DNA from: Octopus bimaculoides | Taxonomy: Eukaryota | Direction of reading: 5' to 3' | Assembly (NCBI RefSeq): GCF_001194135.2 | Contig: NC_068995.1 | Location: 36,423,156 to 36,455,785, forward strand | DNA length: 32,630 nucleotides | Shown: piece after piece, positions 1-10,748 of the stretch | Numbering within the stretch: position 1 is the stretch's first letter | How the letters are laid out: each line of letters begins with the position of its first letter | Translations under genes and position numbers: made by a program | The notes under the pieces: generated by a model | The model's input: only the letters and a program-made list of their open reading frames with translations | Database searches by the model: none | What the model was told of the DNA's origin: nothing

Positions 1-294
1 TTAATTAAGTTATTTTTTTATTAAACACAACTAGTTCAGAAACCTTTTGATATCACCTCGTACTTATTTTAAGACCCTTCAATCCATAAAATACAATTAA
101 AATAAGTATTGTTGTAAAACCAACTAATAAATCAATAAGTTAATCAAACTAATATTTAGTTTATTGTTTGTTTGTTTTGTTTTTTCATTATCTCATATAT
201 TTAAATTCCAATATAGATCATGGTGTTTCTTCTGTTATTGCAGCTCAAAGTTGAGTCATCACAATTACCAACCTGAATATTTAAATCATGATAC

Positions 295-468
295 CTTTGT
301 ATAGATTTACATTCCATTTTCCCCTCTGGTAAAGGTGCATACTTTGGACGAAATGATTCAACTTTTCCAAGTTCATGTTCTGTGTATCTTGCACCATATT
401 CTGTCACTGGCTCTGCTCTTGTTCCTTGGAACATGAAGTTGCAATCTTGGTGCTTGCAATAGTGACGC
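295..468 (-). CDS. SAXO1: Coding exon 2 of the SAXO/FAM154-family gene: (G)RHYCKHQDCNFMFQGTRAEPVTEYGARYTEHELGKVESFRPKYAPLPEGKMECKSIQ(R)
   Basis: Acceptor ttttgtttttaatgcag|G and donor CAAAG|GTATCA; 174 nt, phase 2 at both ends. Spliced to exon 1 it gives CICNICTCGRHYCKH. The pattern EY..Y....ESFxP....ME...R resembles recalled SAXO1 sequence with its first Mn-type repeat. Overlaps ORF 201..434. Confidence 0.88.
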
Positions 469-1369
469 CTGCATTAAAAACAAAAGAAGCACATAAGTCA
501 TTAAGAAAGCTTCTATAGAAGTGCAACTTAAATGCCATTGGAACAACCAGATTCCTTTTCAAACAAACTACAAATGTCTTGTGTATTGAAACAAAAAAGA
601 GGTGAAGACAATAATTTATATAATTCTACATAATCTATATGATGACAATAATTAAAATACCTCCAGTCGCATTTCATTTTCCTTAAACAATTAGGAATAC
701 TCTTCATTTTTGCACAATCAAACATTCATAAACAAATGATTTCTTATCAAGACTTCTGGCTCTGCCTTCTCATATAAATCCTATTGGCCAATGACAGCTA
801 GAGATAGAAGCCAAATTTCTCCCAAATCACACTCTAGAAGCTCATATTAGATAATAAAGTCTGAGATAAGCTATTGTCTGTTAACATATGAGAATGATAG
901 AAAGTATTTGATCTTAGTTTTGTTTAAGCAGGGCTGACGTGGGAGTTAACAACAGCAACAGTTACTGCATTTTCTGTTGTACAAATTGATGTAATATGTA
1001 GTGTAAAAATTCAGATATTGTCACTATCTTTTGAAATCCTGCTGCATTTCACATGGAATTTTTATTACTCCAAAGTCATCTTAGTGTATAAATTGACTTA
1101 CCCTTTTACCTGAAAATTTTGGTCTGAAAAATTTGACCTGTATGCTGAAAAATATGCTACAACAACCATACAACTACAATTGCATCAAGAAAGTTTAGTT
1201 TACTCACCAGAGTTCAAAAAAACACTCTAATCTAGGAACTATCTTTGTTCCTAATCAAATGAAATCAATTAAATTCCTAAGCAAGTCAATAATAAAATGA
1301 ACACAAAGTAGATCATTTAACCCTGCCAACCTGAATATCTAGATAAAAGAGTTTTACCATATTTTCCTG

Positions 1370-1500
1370 AGTGGAGGCATGTGTTGGACTCATGACAAGA
1401 AGATTGTGGTTTTGATTCCTGGACTGGGTGATCCGTCGTGTTTTTGAGCAAAGCACTTCATTTCATGTTGCTCCAGTCCACTCAGCTATAGAAATGAGTT
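1370..1500 (+). mobile_element. Degenerate tRNA-derived SINE fragment with CORE-like central motif
   Basis: B-box-like GGTTTTGATTCC followed by TTGAGCAAAGCACTTCATTTCATGTTGCTCCAGTCCACTCAGCT. Confidence 0.5.
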
Positions 1501-1924
1501 TAGCCTGGAGCGCTGATGGGCTTCATCAGGCTTTCTTTCCCTAGATATACTGCATAGCTGCAGTATCCCAGTGACCCCCAAGGAGTTAAGGGACTTGTCA
1601 ATATTTTCCCACATACAAGTTGAATTTTGCAGACAAAAATTTACAGCTAAAAAAGGGGAATTTGACTTATACACCAAGATGACTTTGGAGAACCAAAAGT
1701 CCCAAGTGAAATGCAGCAGGATTTAGAAAGATTGTTATGATGTTTGAATGTTTACACTACATGTCAGAAAATATGGTGTTCATTGACTACTAAGAAAACC
1801 CTAGCATACAAAGTTTCTGTTTTTAACTGATTTCACCAAAAACAAGGTCCTCAGAAACTAAGAATGGCTATTAGTTATTCTTAGTGGTAGAAGCTATTAT
1901 TATCCTTGAGACAGAGAGCAGTGT

Positions 1925-2436
1925 ATGCCATCAAAAAGATACTGGAGTAAAATATATGAAACTCAGTATATCCATCATGACTACCCGTCTGATAAGGGTA
2001 CACCAGGCACATGCCTCACAACCATGTGTGCGCGACATGGTGATTTCATAACAAACAGTGCATGACCTTGCACGTGGGGCCCAGTTAGAATTTTCTTCAG
2101 GTCAAGTAGCCCATCCCACTCAAAAGGACCCTGAATATGGGTTGTTTAAGGATGTTGAACAAAACACCCATGTTTCCAAAGATGAATTATCCAAACCCCA
2201 AAGAATTTCACTCAACACTTGGCTATGATGTTCCCCCACTACTTCTGCTCATGATCAGAGATGCACATATCATTAGCCACTAAGGGATATGCTCAACTGT
2301 TTATGGTCAAGCAACTGACAAACGAATCTGTGTATTGAGCAGAATATTTGCTGTAGCTCATCTTTTATACTAAGAAAAAACAATGTACATGATAACACTT
2401 CCAATCAGTTAAGATGAGAAGCCCTGGGAGCCACTG
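1925..2436. mobile_element. Unclassified interspersed repeat (family E), long copy
   Basis: 2200-2350 is the reverse complement of 27935-28105 (e.g. GCAACTGACAAACGAATCTG versus CAGATTTACTTGTCAGTTGC). Confidence 0.6.
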
Positions 2437-2568
2437 CCTGGTACTGCATCAGGGCATGCTTGGTATTGCATCAGGGAATGCCTGGCACTGCATCAGGGCA
2501 TTCCTGGTACTTCATCAGAACATGCCTGGTACTGCATCAAGGCATGCCTGGTACTCCATCAGGGCATG
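2437..2568. repeat. Minisatellite, 6 x 22 bp (CCTGGTACTGCATCAGGGCATG)
   Basis: Directly visible tandem units with few substitutions and no spacers. Confidence 0.95.
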
Positions 2569-2573
2569 CTTAG

Positions 2574-2932
2574 TTATTACCTCTGCCTTAGCAAAGGCAG
2601 AGGTATTGTTTTCAGTTGTGTTTGTTTGTTTGTTTGATATTTCAAGAACTGCAGAATGGATTCGAATGAAACATCCAGGGATGTTTGGCCTCATGACTGG
2701 CATGAACTGATTAGATTTTGGGATCAATCCGGTACCAGACAAGTATCCTGGATTATTTTCCCTGTTTTTTACTTAATTTTTGAGAGCGGTTGGGTTCATT
2801 TTAGCATTTTTGTTTGCGAGAGCAGTCAAGTTTATTTCAGATATTCTCATTTTGAAAATCATCTCCAGCTAATCGTTGAAAGGACATTGATGTTGCTTTG
2901 ATGGAGGTTTGTGCTCTGTGAGTGCTCTTGTT
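2574..2932 (+). mobile_element. Non-autonomous Helentron-type (HINE/DINE-1-like) element, copy 1
   Basis: Starts TTATTACCTCTGCC with 12-bp hairpin TACCTCTGCCTT-AGCA-AAGGCAGAGGTA, then (GTTT)n and TTAGATTTTGGGATCAATCCGG; ends GGAGGT...CTCTGTGAGTGCTCTTGTT. An inverted second copy is at 7249-7613. Confidence 0.6.
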
Positions 2933-3185
2933 ATTATCATTATTATTTTCATGAGCATCTTCTTTCAATTCTGTTTTCATTTCTTGCTGAGTGTCTTCCT
3001 GACACCTAGGGCAGAGAAATGTACTGTATACATTAGTAGGCCATTAAAACAATTGTTCATTTACAGAGTCATGTGATAGAGAAAAAGAGGAAGACAGAGA
3101 GAAAAAGGAAAAATTAAAAAATAGAAAAGTAAACAAATAAAATGAAACTGTAAATAACAACAGGAACTGCTAAGGAATTTACAGC

Positions 3186-4123
3186 TCACACCTTGTTACG
3201 TGCATTTAACTCAGATTTTAGGACTGCTCGAATTCTCCTGTAACATTCCTTCCTGATCTTCTCTTTCATGCTTGCATGCTGAATGCCAAAGCCCACATTT
3301 ATTCCTAGGTGTTTGTAAGTTTGTTCCTGCTTGAGTTCTTTTATGACTGTGTCAACATTGAACTCCACTGAATGTGAGATCTTCAGTTTCCCTTTCTGGA
3401 AAGTGGCCTTATCAAGACCATATCCATCCCAATGTCATCACTGAATGCTTTCACAGTACAGAGTAGTCCTTCAAGCTCATTATTGTCTTCGCTACTGAGT
3501 TTTAAGTCATCCATATAAAATAGATGACTTATTTTCTTGTTGCCAATTTTATATCCATATCCTGTTCTGTTGAGTTCACTTGTAAGGGGTATTAGGGCTA
3601 GCAGAAAATTAAAGGTGAAAGTGAGTCACCTTGGAAAATACCACAGTTGATAATAATATTTTTTTGGTTAGTACTCCATTAGAGTGGCATAATTGGAGAT
3701 TCGTATTCCACATTAACCTGTTGTACTTCAGGAAGCTTGAAATCACAGTAGAAATTTTGAAGATATCCAGCAATTTCAAGATCCATGAATGTGGTATGCT
3801 GTCAAAGACCTTTTTATAATCAATCCATACAGAACTGAGATTTCTGCATTTGTTATGACAGTTCTCAAGGATAATGCGATTGATTAAGAGTTGGTCTTTG
3901 CATCCATATGAGCCTCGTCGGAACCCTTTTTGTCAAGTGGGAGAACAATATCATTCTGTTCCATACATTTGTATGTTTTCTCCACGAGGATAGATGTTAA
4001 AATTTTATACGTGGTAGATAGACATATTATGGACTGATAGTTTTGGGGAAATTTGGTTTCATTATTCTTCGGGAGTAGGTAAGTAATACCTCTTGCTAAC
4101 CAATCGGGTATTTTCAGAGGATC
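3186..4123 (-). mobile_element. Decayed non-LTR retrotransposon reverse transcriptase fragment (R4/Dong-like)
   Basis: Translates to IPDWLARGITYLLPK, NYQSIICLSTTYKILT, KGFRRGSYGCKDQLLIN, WIDYKKVFDSIPHSW, GIFQGDSLSPLIF, HLFYMDDLKL (YMDD at 3506-3517), YKHLG..MKEKIRKECYRRIRAVLKSELNARNK; contains frameshifts and stops. Confidence 0.9.
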
Positions 4124-4198
4124 TCTTCTTCTTCTTCTTCTTCTTCTCCTCCTCCACCACCACCGCCACCGCCGCCACCGCTGCCACCACCACCATCA
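4124..4198. repeat. Compound (CTT)n/(CCA/CCG)n microsatellite
   Basis: Directly visible. Confidence 0.95.
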
Positions 4199-4662
4199 TG
4201 AGAAAGAGTTGATTTGTCCTGACCAATCGTATTTCAGATAGATTGTGTGATCGCATGATTTGAATGGAAATTTCTATGCAGTTACATGGTAAAATATGGT
4301 TATAAATGTAGAAAAAACAGGACAATCAGAACAGAGGTTCTTGAAAAGGCAGANNNNNNNNNNNNNNNNNNNNNNNNNNNNNNNNNNNNNNNNNNNNNNN
4401 NNNNNNNNNNNNNNNNNNNNNNNNNNNNNNNNNNNNNNNNNNNNNNNNNNNNNNNNNNNNNNNNNNNNNNNNNNNNNNNNNNNNNNNNNNNNNNNNNNNN
4501 NNNNNNNNNNNNNNNNNNNNNNNNNNNNNNNNNNNNNNNNNNNNNNNNNNNNNNNNNNNNNNNNNNNNNNNNNNNNNNNNNNNNNNNNNNNNNNNNNNNN
4601 NNNNNNNNNNNNNNNNNNNNNNNNNNNNNNNNNNNNNNNNNNNNNNNNNNNNNNNNNNNNNA

Positions 4663-5080
4663 ACTCTTGGAAAATGTCTTTCATAAGACCTATTGGGGCA
4701 AGTGAAAGCGAAACCGTCAATGGCACCTGTGCCCAGCATCGCCTTCCTGGCACTTGTGCTGGATGGCACGTGTAAAGACATTCGAGCGAGATCGTTGCCA
4801 GTGCCACCGAACTGGCTCCTGTTCAGGTGGCATGTAAAATACACCATTTTGAGTGTGGCCGTTGCCAGTACCGCCTGACTGGCCTTCGTGCCGGTGGCAT
4901 GTAAAAGCACCCACTACACTCTCTGAGTGGTTGGCGTTAGGAAGGGCATCCAGCTGTAGAAACTCTGCCAAATCAGATTTGAGCCTGGTGTAGCCATCTG
5001 GTTTCACCAGTCCTCAGTCAAATCATCCAACCCATGCTAACATGGAAAGCGGACGTAAAACGACGATGATGATGATGATG
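4663..5080 (+). mobile_element. Retroposon family D (SINE-like, RTE-type 3' tail ending (GAT)n)
   Basis: Ends AACCCATGCTAACATGGAAAGCGGACGTAAAACGACGATGATG; the same sequence recurs at 8743, 20010, 20601 and 25743. Confidence 0.8.
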
Positions 5081-6052
5081 AAGAATTTAGTCATTGGTAC
5101 ATAAAAGTTCCTAAGAATCTCCAGTCTTTCACTCATTTAAAATTTGATAGATTTCAAACATAGCCACATAGCAACATATTGATTTATACTTTGTCTTCCT
5201 CAGAAAGCAGGAAAATCAAGTTGAACTCAGAAAGAAACTAAATTTTCAAAAATAATATTTTTATGTTATGATCTCAACATGCAAATTTTCTAAATTGATA
5301 AAATTATTTATTTATTTATTTATTTGTCATTCAGACAGGAAACAAAACTCATTAAGCTATTAATTAATCATAATTGACAACTACATCAGTTAATATTATC
5401 AGTTGTCAAGATCATAAATGAAATTCCTCTTTGTAAACAAATGTCAGTATTTTGATGAGGATTTCTCCATCCTCCTTTGATTATCTTCTCCACCTTCTCT
5501 AGTTTTTTTCTAGTACTACTTCTTCACCAACTCCACTCCTCTATTTCTTCTTCAACAATTTCTTTACTACCCCTTCCTGTTGCTAACCCAAAACAAATTC
5601 TGTCTGATCCATGTGAGCATGCAAAACTGGACATTAACTCTTTAACATTTAAACTGGACATATTCAGCAAAAATATTCCACATGTTTTATGCTCAAATTC
5701 GCCAGATCTAACCTCTCACATCAACTTTACAATATCATTCTAAAAATTAACAGTAACCTCATCAAAATCTCAAAGCTACAACATAAAGCAATGAGAATAA
5801 ATAAGCCATACATTTGGCAGAATAATGTGAATGCTAAAAGGTTAAATGGTGATGGACGATGAGATTAATGTATTCATTAGCAAGATTTAGTTCAGAGTTT
5901 TCTTTCACCCCTTATTCATCAACCTTCTTTCACATCAGCTTATTGCAGCCTGACATCTCAATCATTGATAACCTCTGCATAATCTTCTTGTAGAAATTAG
6001 TTTTTAAAACGATTCTTCGATATTCAAAACTTTTTTATGGGTTAGTGTTGTA

Positions 6053-6268
6053 CGGCGGAGTACTGAAAAGTTTGTGACTTTAAGGGTATCATGAAAGGTC
6101 TGGTTGGAGGCCCAACTGTCCGAGTTCTTTTACAGGGCTTAGAAAAAGTGAAGGACTACTGCAATAAGTGTGTGAATCTGAGAAAGGAATATGTTGAATA
6201 AAATCGTAATTGACTGATACTCCTGTATTTTCTTTTACTCAAAGCCAGGAACATTTCAGCACCCCTTC
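6053..6268 (+). mobile_element. Mariner-derived MITE
   Basis: Imperfect TIRs (TA|CGGCGGAGTACTGAAAAGTTT ... AAAGCCAGGAACATTTCAGCACCCCTTC); internal remnant translates GLEKVKDYCNKCVNLRKEYVE*, a mariner transposase C-terminus; related copy at 19603. Confidence 0.75.
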
Positions 6269-6274
6269 ATTTAT

Positions 6275-6420
6275 ACATACACACACATACATGCACACAC
6301 GCACGCACACACACACACACACACACGCACACACGCACACACACACATATATATATATAAACTTACTTGAAAATGGATGTATGGCTTTCAATTAAATAAA
6401 TATAATATAAATAATATATG

Positions 6421-6490
<70 letters not shown>

Positions 6491-6495
6491 TATAT
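6275..6495. repeat. (CA)n/(TA)n microsatellite clusters
   Basis: Directly visible. Confidence 0.9.
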
Positions 6496-6528
6496 GGGTA
6501 CAGGACATCACCAACTGTGTAAACAACA

Positions 6529-6784
6529 TGAAATATGAAAACAAATGAGTTAAATATGCAAACAACAAGAGAAAAAATATGGAAACAGGACAAGTAAACA
6601 GAGAACGACCCTTCATCAGTTGTTGGCTCTCTATCTACTCCTCCTTTTGAGCATTCGAATGCTCGAAATGAGGAGTAGATAGACAGCTGACAACTGATGA
6701 AGGGTTGTTCTCTGTGTTTACTTGTCCTGTTTCCATTTTCCCTCTTGTTGTTTGCGTATTTAACTTGTTTGTTTTCATATTTCA
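6529..6784. repeat. 256-bp near-perfect palindrome (foldback) with no spacer
   Basis: Two 128-bp arms centred on GAGCATTC|GAATGCTC at 6656/6657. Confidence 0.95.
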
Positions 6785-7022
6785 ATTTCATATATTCCAA
6801 TTCATCATATTCCAATTTCTTTCACTTTCCAATGAGAAACAGATGAGTGACTATCTCTCCAAACAGACACAACACAGGCTACACCCTTCAGGTATTTTGG
6901 ATAAAGTTTTCAGAAATAACCCAACAGGTTTACCATTAATTCCGCAAAATATTCACGGGTCCTGCTAGTGGTAAGGATTCTGACAGCTTGCCACCAGAAT
7001 TGATGATAATAATAATAAAATA

Positions 7023-7237
7023 ATGGTTTCATGTTTTGGCACAAAGTCAGTAATTTCAGGGGAGGGTGTAAGCCAATTACATTGACCCCAGTGCTCAACT
7101 GGTACTTATTTTATCAGCCCTGAAAGGATGAAAGGCAAAGTCAACCTCAGTGGAATTTGAAATCAGAGCATAAAAACGGAGAAAATCTTGCTAAGCATTT
7201 TGTCCAGCATGCTAATGATTCTGCCAACTCACCGCCA
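7023..7237 (-). mobile_element. tRNA-derived SINE family A
   Basis: Head GGCGGTGAGTTGGCAGAATCATTAGC; shared core GACTTTGCCTTTCATCCTTTC seen in at least 12 copies in the window. Confidence 0.85.
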
Positions 7238-7248
7238 TATTATTAATT

Positions 7249-7605
7249 AACAAGAGCACTCAGAGAGCATAAACCTCTGCCAAGGCAACACGAATGTCCT
7301 CTCAACAATTAGCCAGAGATGGTTTTTAAAATGAGAATATCTGAAATAAACTCGAATACTCTCACAAATGAGAATACTAAAAGTGAACCCAACCACTCTC
7401 AAAAATAAAGTAAAAAAAACAAGAAAAATAATCCAGAATCCTTGTCTGGTACCAGATCAATCCCCAAATCTAATCAGTTTGTGCCAGTCACAAGGCTAAA
7501 CATCCCTGAAAGTTTCATCTGAATCCATCCAGTGGTTCTTGAGATATCTTGTCTATGGACAACAAACACGACTGAAAACAATACCTCCGCCTTTGCTAAG
7601 GCAGA

Positions 7606-7613
<8 letters not shown>
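7249..7613 (-). mobile_element. HINE/DINE-1-like element, copy 2 (inverted relative to 2574-2932)
   Basis: Colinear reverse complement of copy 1, including terminal hairpin TACCTCCGCCTTTGCTAAGGCAGAGGTAA. Confidence 0.6.
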
Positions 7614-7664
<51 letters not shown>

Positions 7665-7669
<5 letters not shown>

Positions 7670-8022
7670 GCTTGAAAGTATGGCTCAAGGAGAGAAATTT
7701 GGAGAGAAGATGTAAACCGATTACATTGAACTCAGAACATAAAGACAGATTAAATGCCCGACGTGCTAATGATTTTGCCAGTTCCTCACCTTAATGATGA
7801 TACTAATAATCCTTTCTACTACAGGCACAAGGCCTGGGATTTGAGGGGAAGTGGATGGTCGATCACATCGGCCCCAGTACTTGACTGGTACTTAATTTAT
7901 TGACTCCAAAAGGATGAAAAGCAAAGTCGACCTCAGTGACATTTGAACTCAGAAAATAAAGACGAGCCAAATGCCATTAAACTTTTTGCCCGGTGTGCTA
8001 ATGATTCTACCAGCTTATCACC

Positions 8023-8066
<44 letters not shown>

Positions 8067-8299
8067 CCTTTCTACTAAAAGCACAAACCTGCAATTTTGG
8101 GATGGAGGGGACTAGTCTATTACATCGACCCCAGTTTTACACTAGTACTTGATTTATCGACCTCAAAATGATGAAAGGCAAAGTCGACCTCAGTGGAATT
8201 TGAACTCAGAACATGAAGATGAACGAAATACTACTAAGTATTTCGCCCGGCGTTCTAATGATTCTGCCAGCTCACCACCTTATTAATAATAATAACAAC

Positions 8300-8342
<43 letters not shown>

Positions 8343-8553
8343 GTTTCAAACTTTTCCACAAGGGCAGCCATTTTAGGGAGGGGATGAGTTGATTACATCA
8401 ACCCATTTTCAACTGGTACTTAATTCACCGAAACTGAAAGGATGAAACGCAAAATCGACCTCTCCGGAATTTGAACTCAGAACGTAGCAGCAGATGAAAT
8501 ACCACTAAGCATTTTGCTCAGTGTGCTAATGCTTCTGCCAGCTCACTGCCTTA
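7665..8553 (-). mobile_element. Four head-to-tail SINE family A copies (about 7665-7793 deleted, 7808-8015, 8064-8281, 8340-8553) separated by (TAA)n
   Basis: Repeated GGATGAAA(G/A)GCAAAGTCGACCTC...TTTGAACTCAGAA...GCTAATGATTCTGCCAGCTCACC blocks. Confidence 0.85.
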
Positions 8554-8559
8554 ATGATA

Positions 8560-8634
<75 letters not shown>

Positions 8635-8657
8635 GTAATGATGATAATAATAATAAT
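8553..8657. repeat. (TAA)n microsatellite
   Basis: Directly visible; further (TAA)n tracts at 7608-7668, 8025-8066, 8282-8341 and 10152-10214. Confidence 0.95.
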
Positions 8658-8742
8658 TCGATTGCTTTTTTTTAAAATGGCAAATGAATCAGGTTCAAAA
8701 TCTCTGGTATAGTGTATCAATACAATTGTCCTAATTAGTGTA

Positions 8743-8910
8743 ACTACACTCTCTGAGTGGTTGGCATTAGGAACGGCATCCAGCTGTAGAAACTCTGCCA
8801 AATCAGATTGGAGCCTGGTGTAGCCATCTGGTTCACCAGTCCTCAGTCAAATCGTCCAACCCATGCTAGCATGGAAAGCGGACGTTAAACGATGATGATG
8901 ATGATGATGA
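8743..8910 (+). mobile_element. Family D retroposon, 5'-truncated
   Basis: ACTACACTCTCTGAGTGG...GGACGTTAAACGATGATG. Confidence 0.85.
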
Positions 8911-8991
8911 ATAGCATAGAAGAAGAAGAAGAAAAAGAAGAAGAAGAAGAAGAAGAAGAAGAAGAAGAAGAAGAAGAAGAAGAAGAAGAAG

Positions 8992-9022
<31 letters not shown>
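8891..9022. repeat. Compound (GAT)n(GAA)n(CAA)n microsatellite
   Basis: Directly visible; source of the poly-L and poly-S ORFs in the track. Confidence 0.95.
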
Positions 9023-9023
<1 letters not shown>

Positions 9024-9406
9024 GTGGATGGACTCCTATGTTGAAATGTAAGTAGGTCAAGAAAAAAATAAAACCATCCTGTTGCCACAAGTGAAACCAA
9101 TACCAACCCAATTAGCTGACAGAAAATATTTCAAGAATGGGGCAAAAGGAGTGCTTTACGCACTAAATATAAATATGTTAATGTCTGTCATATTTAAACC
9201 AGTGAATTGAAAACCTTTGAGCAACAGAGATTAGCCAAATAATTATAAGATGAAAACTCATCTCAGTTCATCAAAATTTTTCAATGCCCTATAATTAAAA
9301 TATTGCTGACATTCATAATTAAGAGTCACTACATTCCTTTCTCTCTCTCTTTCTCTCACTCACTAACTATTTTCTTTCACTATATGTACGTGCATGCACA
9401 CACACA

Positions 9407-9628
9407 CTTTATTTGTGCATTAAGGCTAATATAGGTCTCATGTTAAAAAATATCTTAACAATTCTTGAAGCTGATCACATAGAAAAATTGGTGTTTGTCA
9501 CCATTTTGGATTTCATGTTTTAATCCAAAATGGAGACAAACACAAATCTTTCTATGTGATCAGTTTAAAGAATTGTTAAAATATTTTTATTGCATAAAAC
9601 CAATGGTAGCCTTAATGCACAAATAAAG
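9407..9628. repeat. 222-bp foldback element (MITE-like)
   Basis: Perfect 22-bp outer inverted repeats CTTTATTTGTGCATTAAGGCTA / TAGCCTTAATGCACAAATAAAG and near-perfect inner arms around a ~9-nt loop. Confidence 0.9.
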
Positions 9629-9683
9629 AATATTTATCCACCAATGCAGTGTTGAACACTCATTTGCATTGTTCAATATTTAC

Positions 9684-9731
<48 letters not shown>

Positions 9732-10002
9732 NNNNNNNNNNNNNNNNNNNNNNNNNNNNNNNNNNNNNNNNNNNNNNNNNNNNNNNNNNNNNNNNNNNNN
9801 NNNNNNNNNNNNNNNNNNNNNNNNNNNNNNNNNNNNNNNNNNNNNNGTATATATATATATATTGGCTTGAGCAACACACTTCATTACATAACACAACAAT
9901 TATTTCAACATAGATTCACAAGCAGAAACATTGCTGAAGCATTATATAAAATATAAATTAACATCATCATCATCATCATCATTATTTCTTTTGTTCACCC
10001 AT

Positions 10003-10164
10003 TGTTATGTTCTGAGTTCAAATTCTGCCGAGGTTGACTTTGCCTTTCATCCTTTCGGGGTCAATAAATTAAGTACTAGTCACGTACTGGGGTCAATGTG
10101 ATCATCCATCCCCCTCCACACAAATCCAGGTCTTATGCCTATAGTATAAAGGATTATAATTATA

Positions 10165-10212
<48 letters not shown>

Positions 10213-10430
10213 TTTAAGGTGGTGAGCTGGCAGAATCATTAACATGCTGGCATGGAATGCTTAGTGGTATTTCACCCATTGCTACGTTATGAGTTCAAAT
10301 TCCACTGAGGTCGACTTTGCCTTTCATTCATTTGGAGTCGATAAATTAAGTACCAGAGAAACACTGGGGTCGATGTAATCAACTTAATCCCCTCCTCCAA
10401 GCTGTGCTTGTGGCAAAAATTTGAAATCAT
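10003..10430 (+). mobile_element. Two SINE family A copies (10003-10155 truncated; 10217-10430)
   Basis: Core GTTCTGAGTTCAAATTC..GAGGTCGACTTTGCCTTTCAT, flanked by (TTA)n. Confidence 0.85.
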
Positions 10431-10544
10431 TATTGTTATAATTATAATTATTATTATTATTATTATCATTATTATCATCATTATTATTCTAGCAACACTC
10501 AAAGAGGCAGAACTCGCCAATGTTGTTGAAATATAATAATAATC

Positions 10545-10748
10545 CTCTTTAGAACAGCCACGAGGCACAAAATTCATAGTGTGGGAGATTAGCTGATAAT
10601 GTCAATCCCAGTACTTGACTGGTACTCAATTTATCAACTCCAAAAGGATGGAAAACAAAGTTGACTTTGGCAGGATTTGAACTCAGAATATAAAGACAAA
10701 TGAAACACCACTAAGAATTTTGTCTGGCATGCTAGCAATTCTGCCATA
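10545..10748 (-). mobile_element. SINE family A, degenerate
   Basis: AAAGGATGGAAAACAAAGTTGACTTTGGCAGGATTTGAACTCAGAA. Confidence 0.75.

Noticed and set aside
273-294. Alternative exon 2 donor CAG|GTTGGT at 273
   Set aside because: Adds 22 nt and shifts the frame; the 295 donor keeps phase 2 and ends at the Arg expected from SAXO alignment
201-294. C-terminal part of ORF 201..434 (YHDLNIQV...IYIGI)
   Set aside because: Intron read-through after the exon 2 donor, with no SAXO-like sequence
2437-2568. Minisatellite, 62-bp and 20-bp arrays as CRISPR-like; also resemblance of CCTGGTATTGCA to U2 snRNA stem-loop IV
   Set aside because: No unique spacers or cas genes, and the context is eukaryotic. 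The U2 match is about 12 nt with no other U2 sequence.
4274-4910. ORFs spanning N runs (also 9649-9956, 17984-18634, 25219-25911, 28935-29602, 30359-31129, 31344-32015)
   Set aside because: Open only because Ns lack stop codons; the flanks are SINEs or microsatellites
6660-6720. Hammerhead ribozyme suggested by CTGATGA
   Set aside because: No GAAA after a stem II, and no stem I/III arrangement with an NUH site
8526-9111. Poly-I, poly-L, poly-S and (CV)n/(HT)n ORFs here and elsewhere
   Set aside because: Translations of tri- and dinucleotide microsatellites
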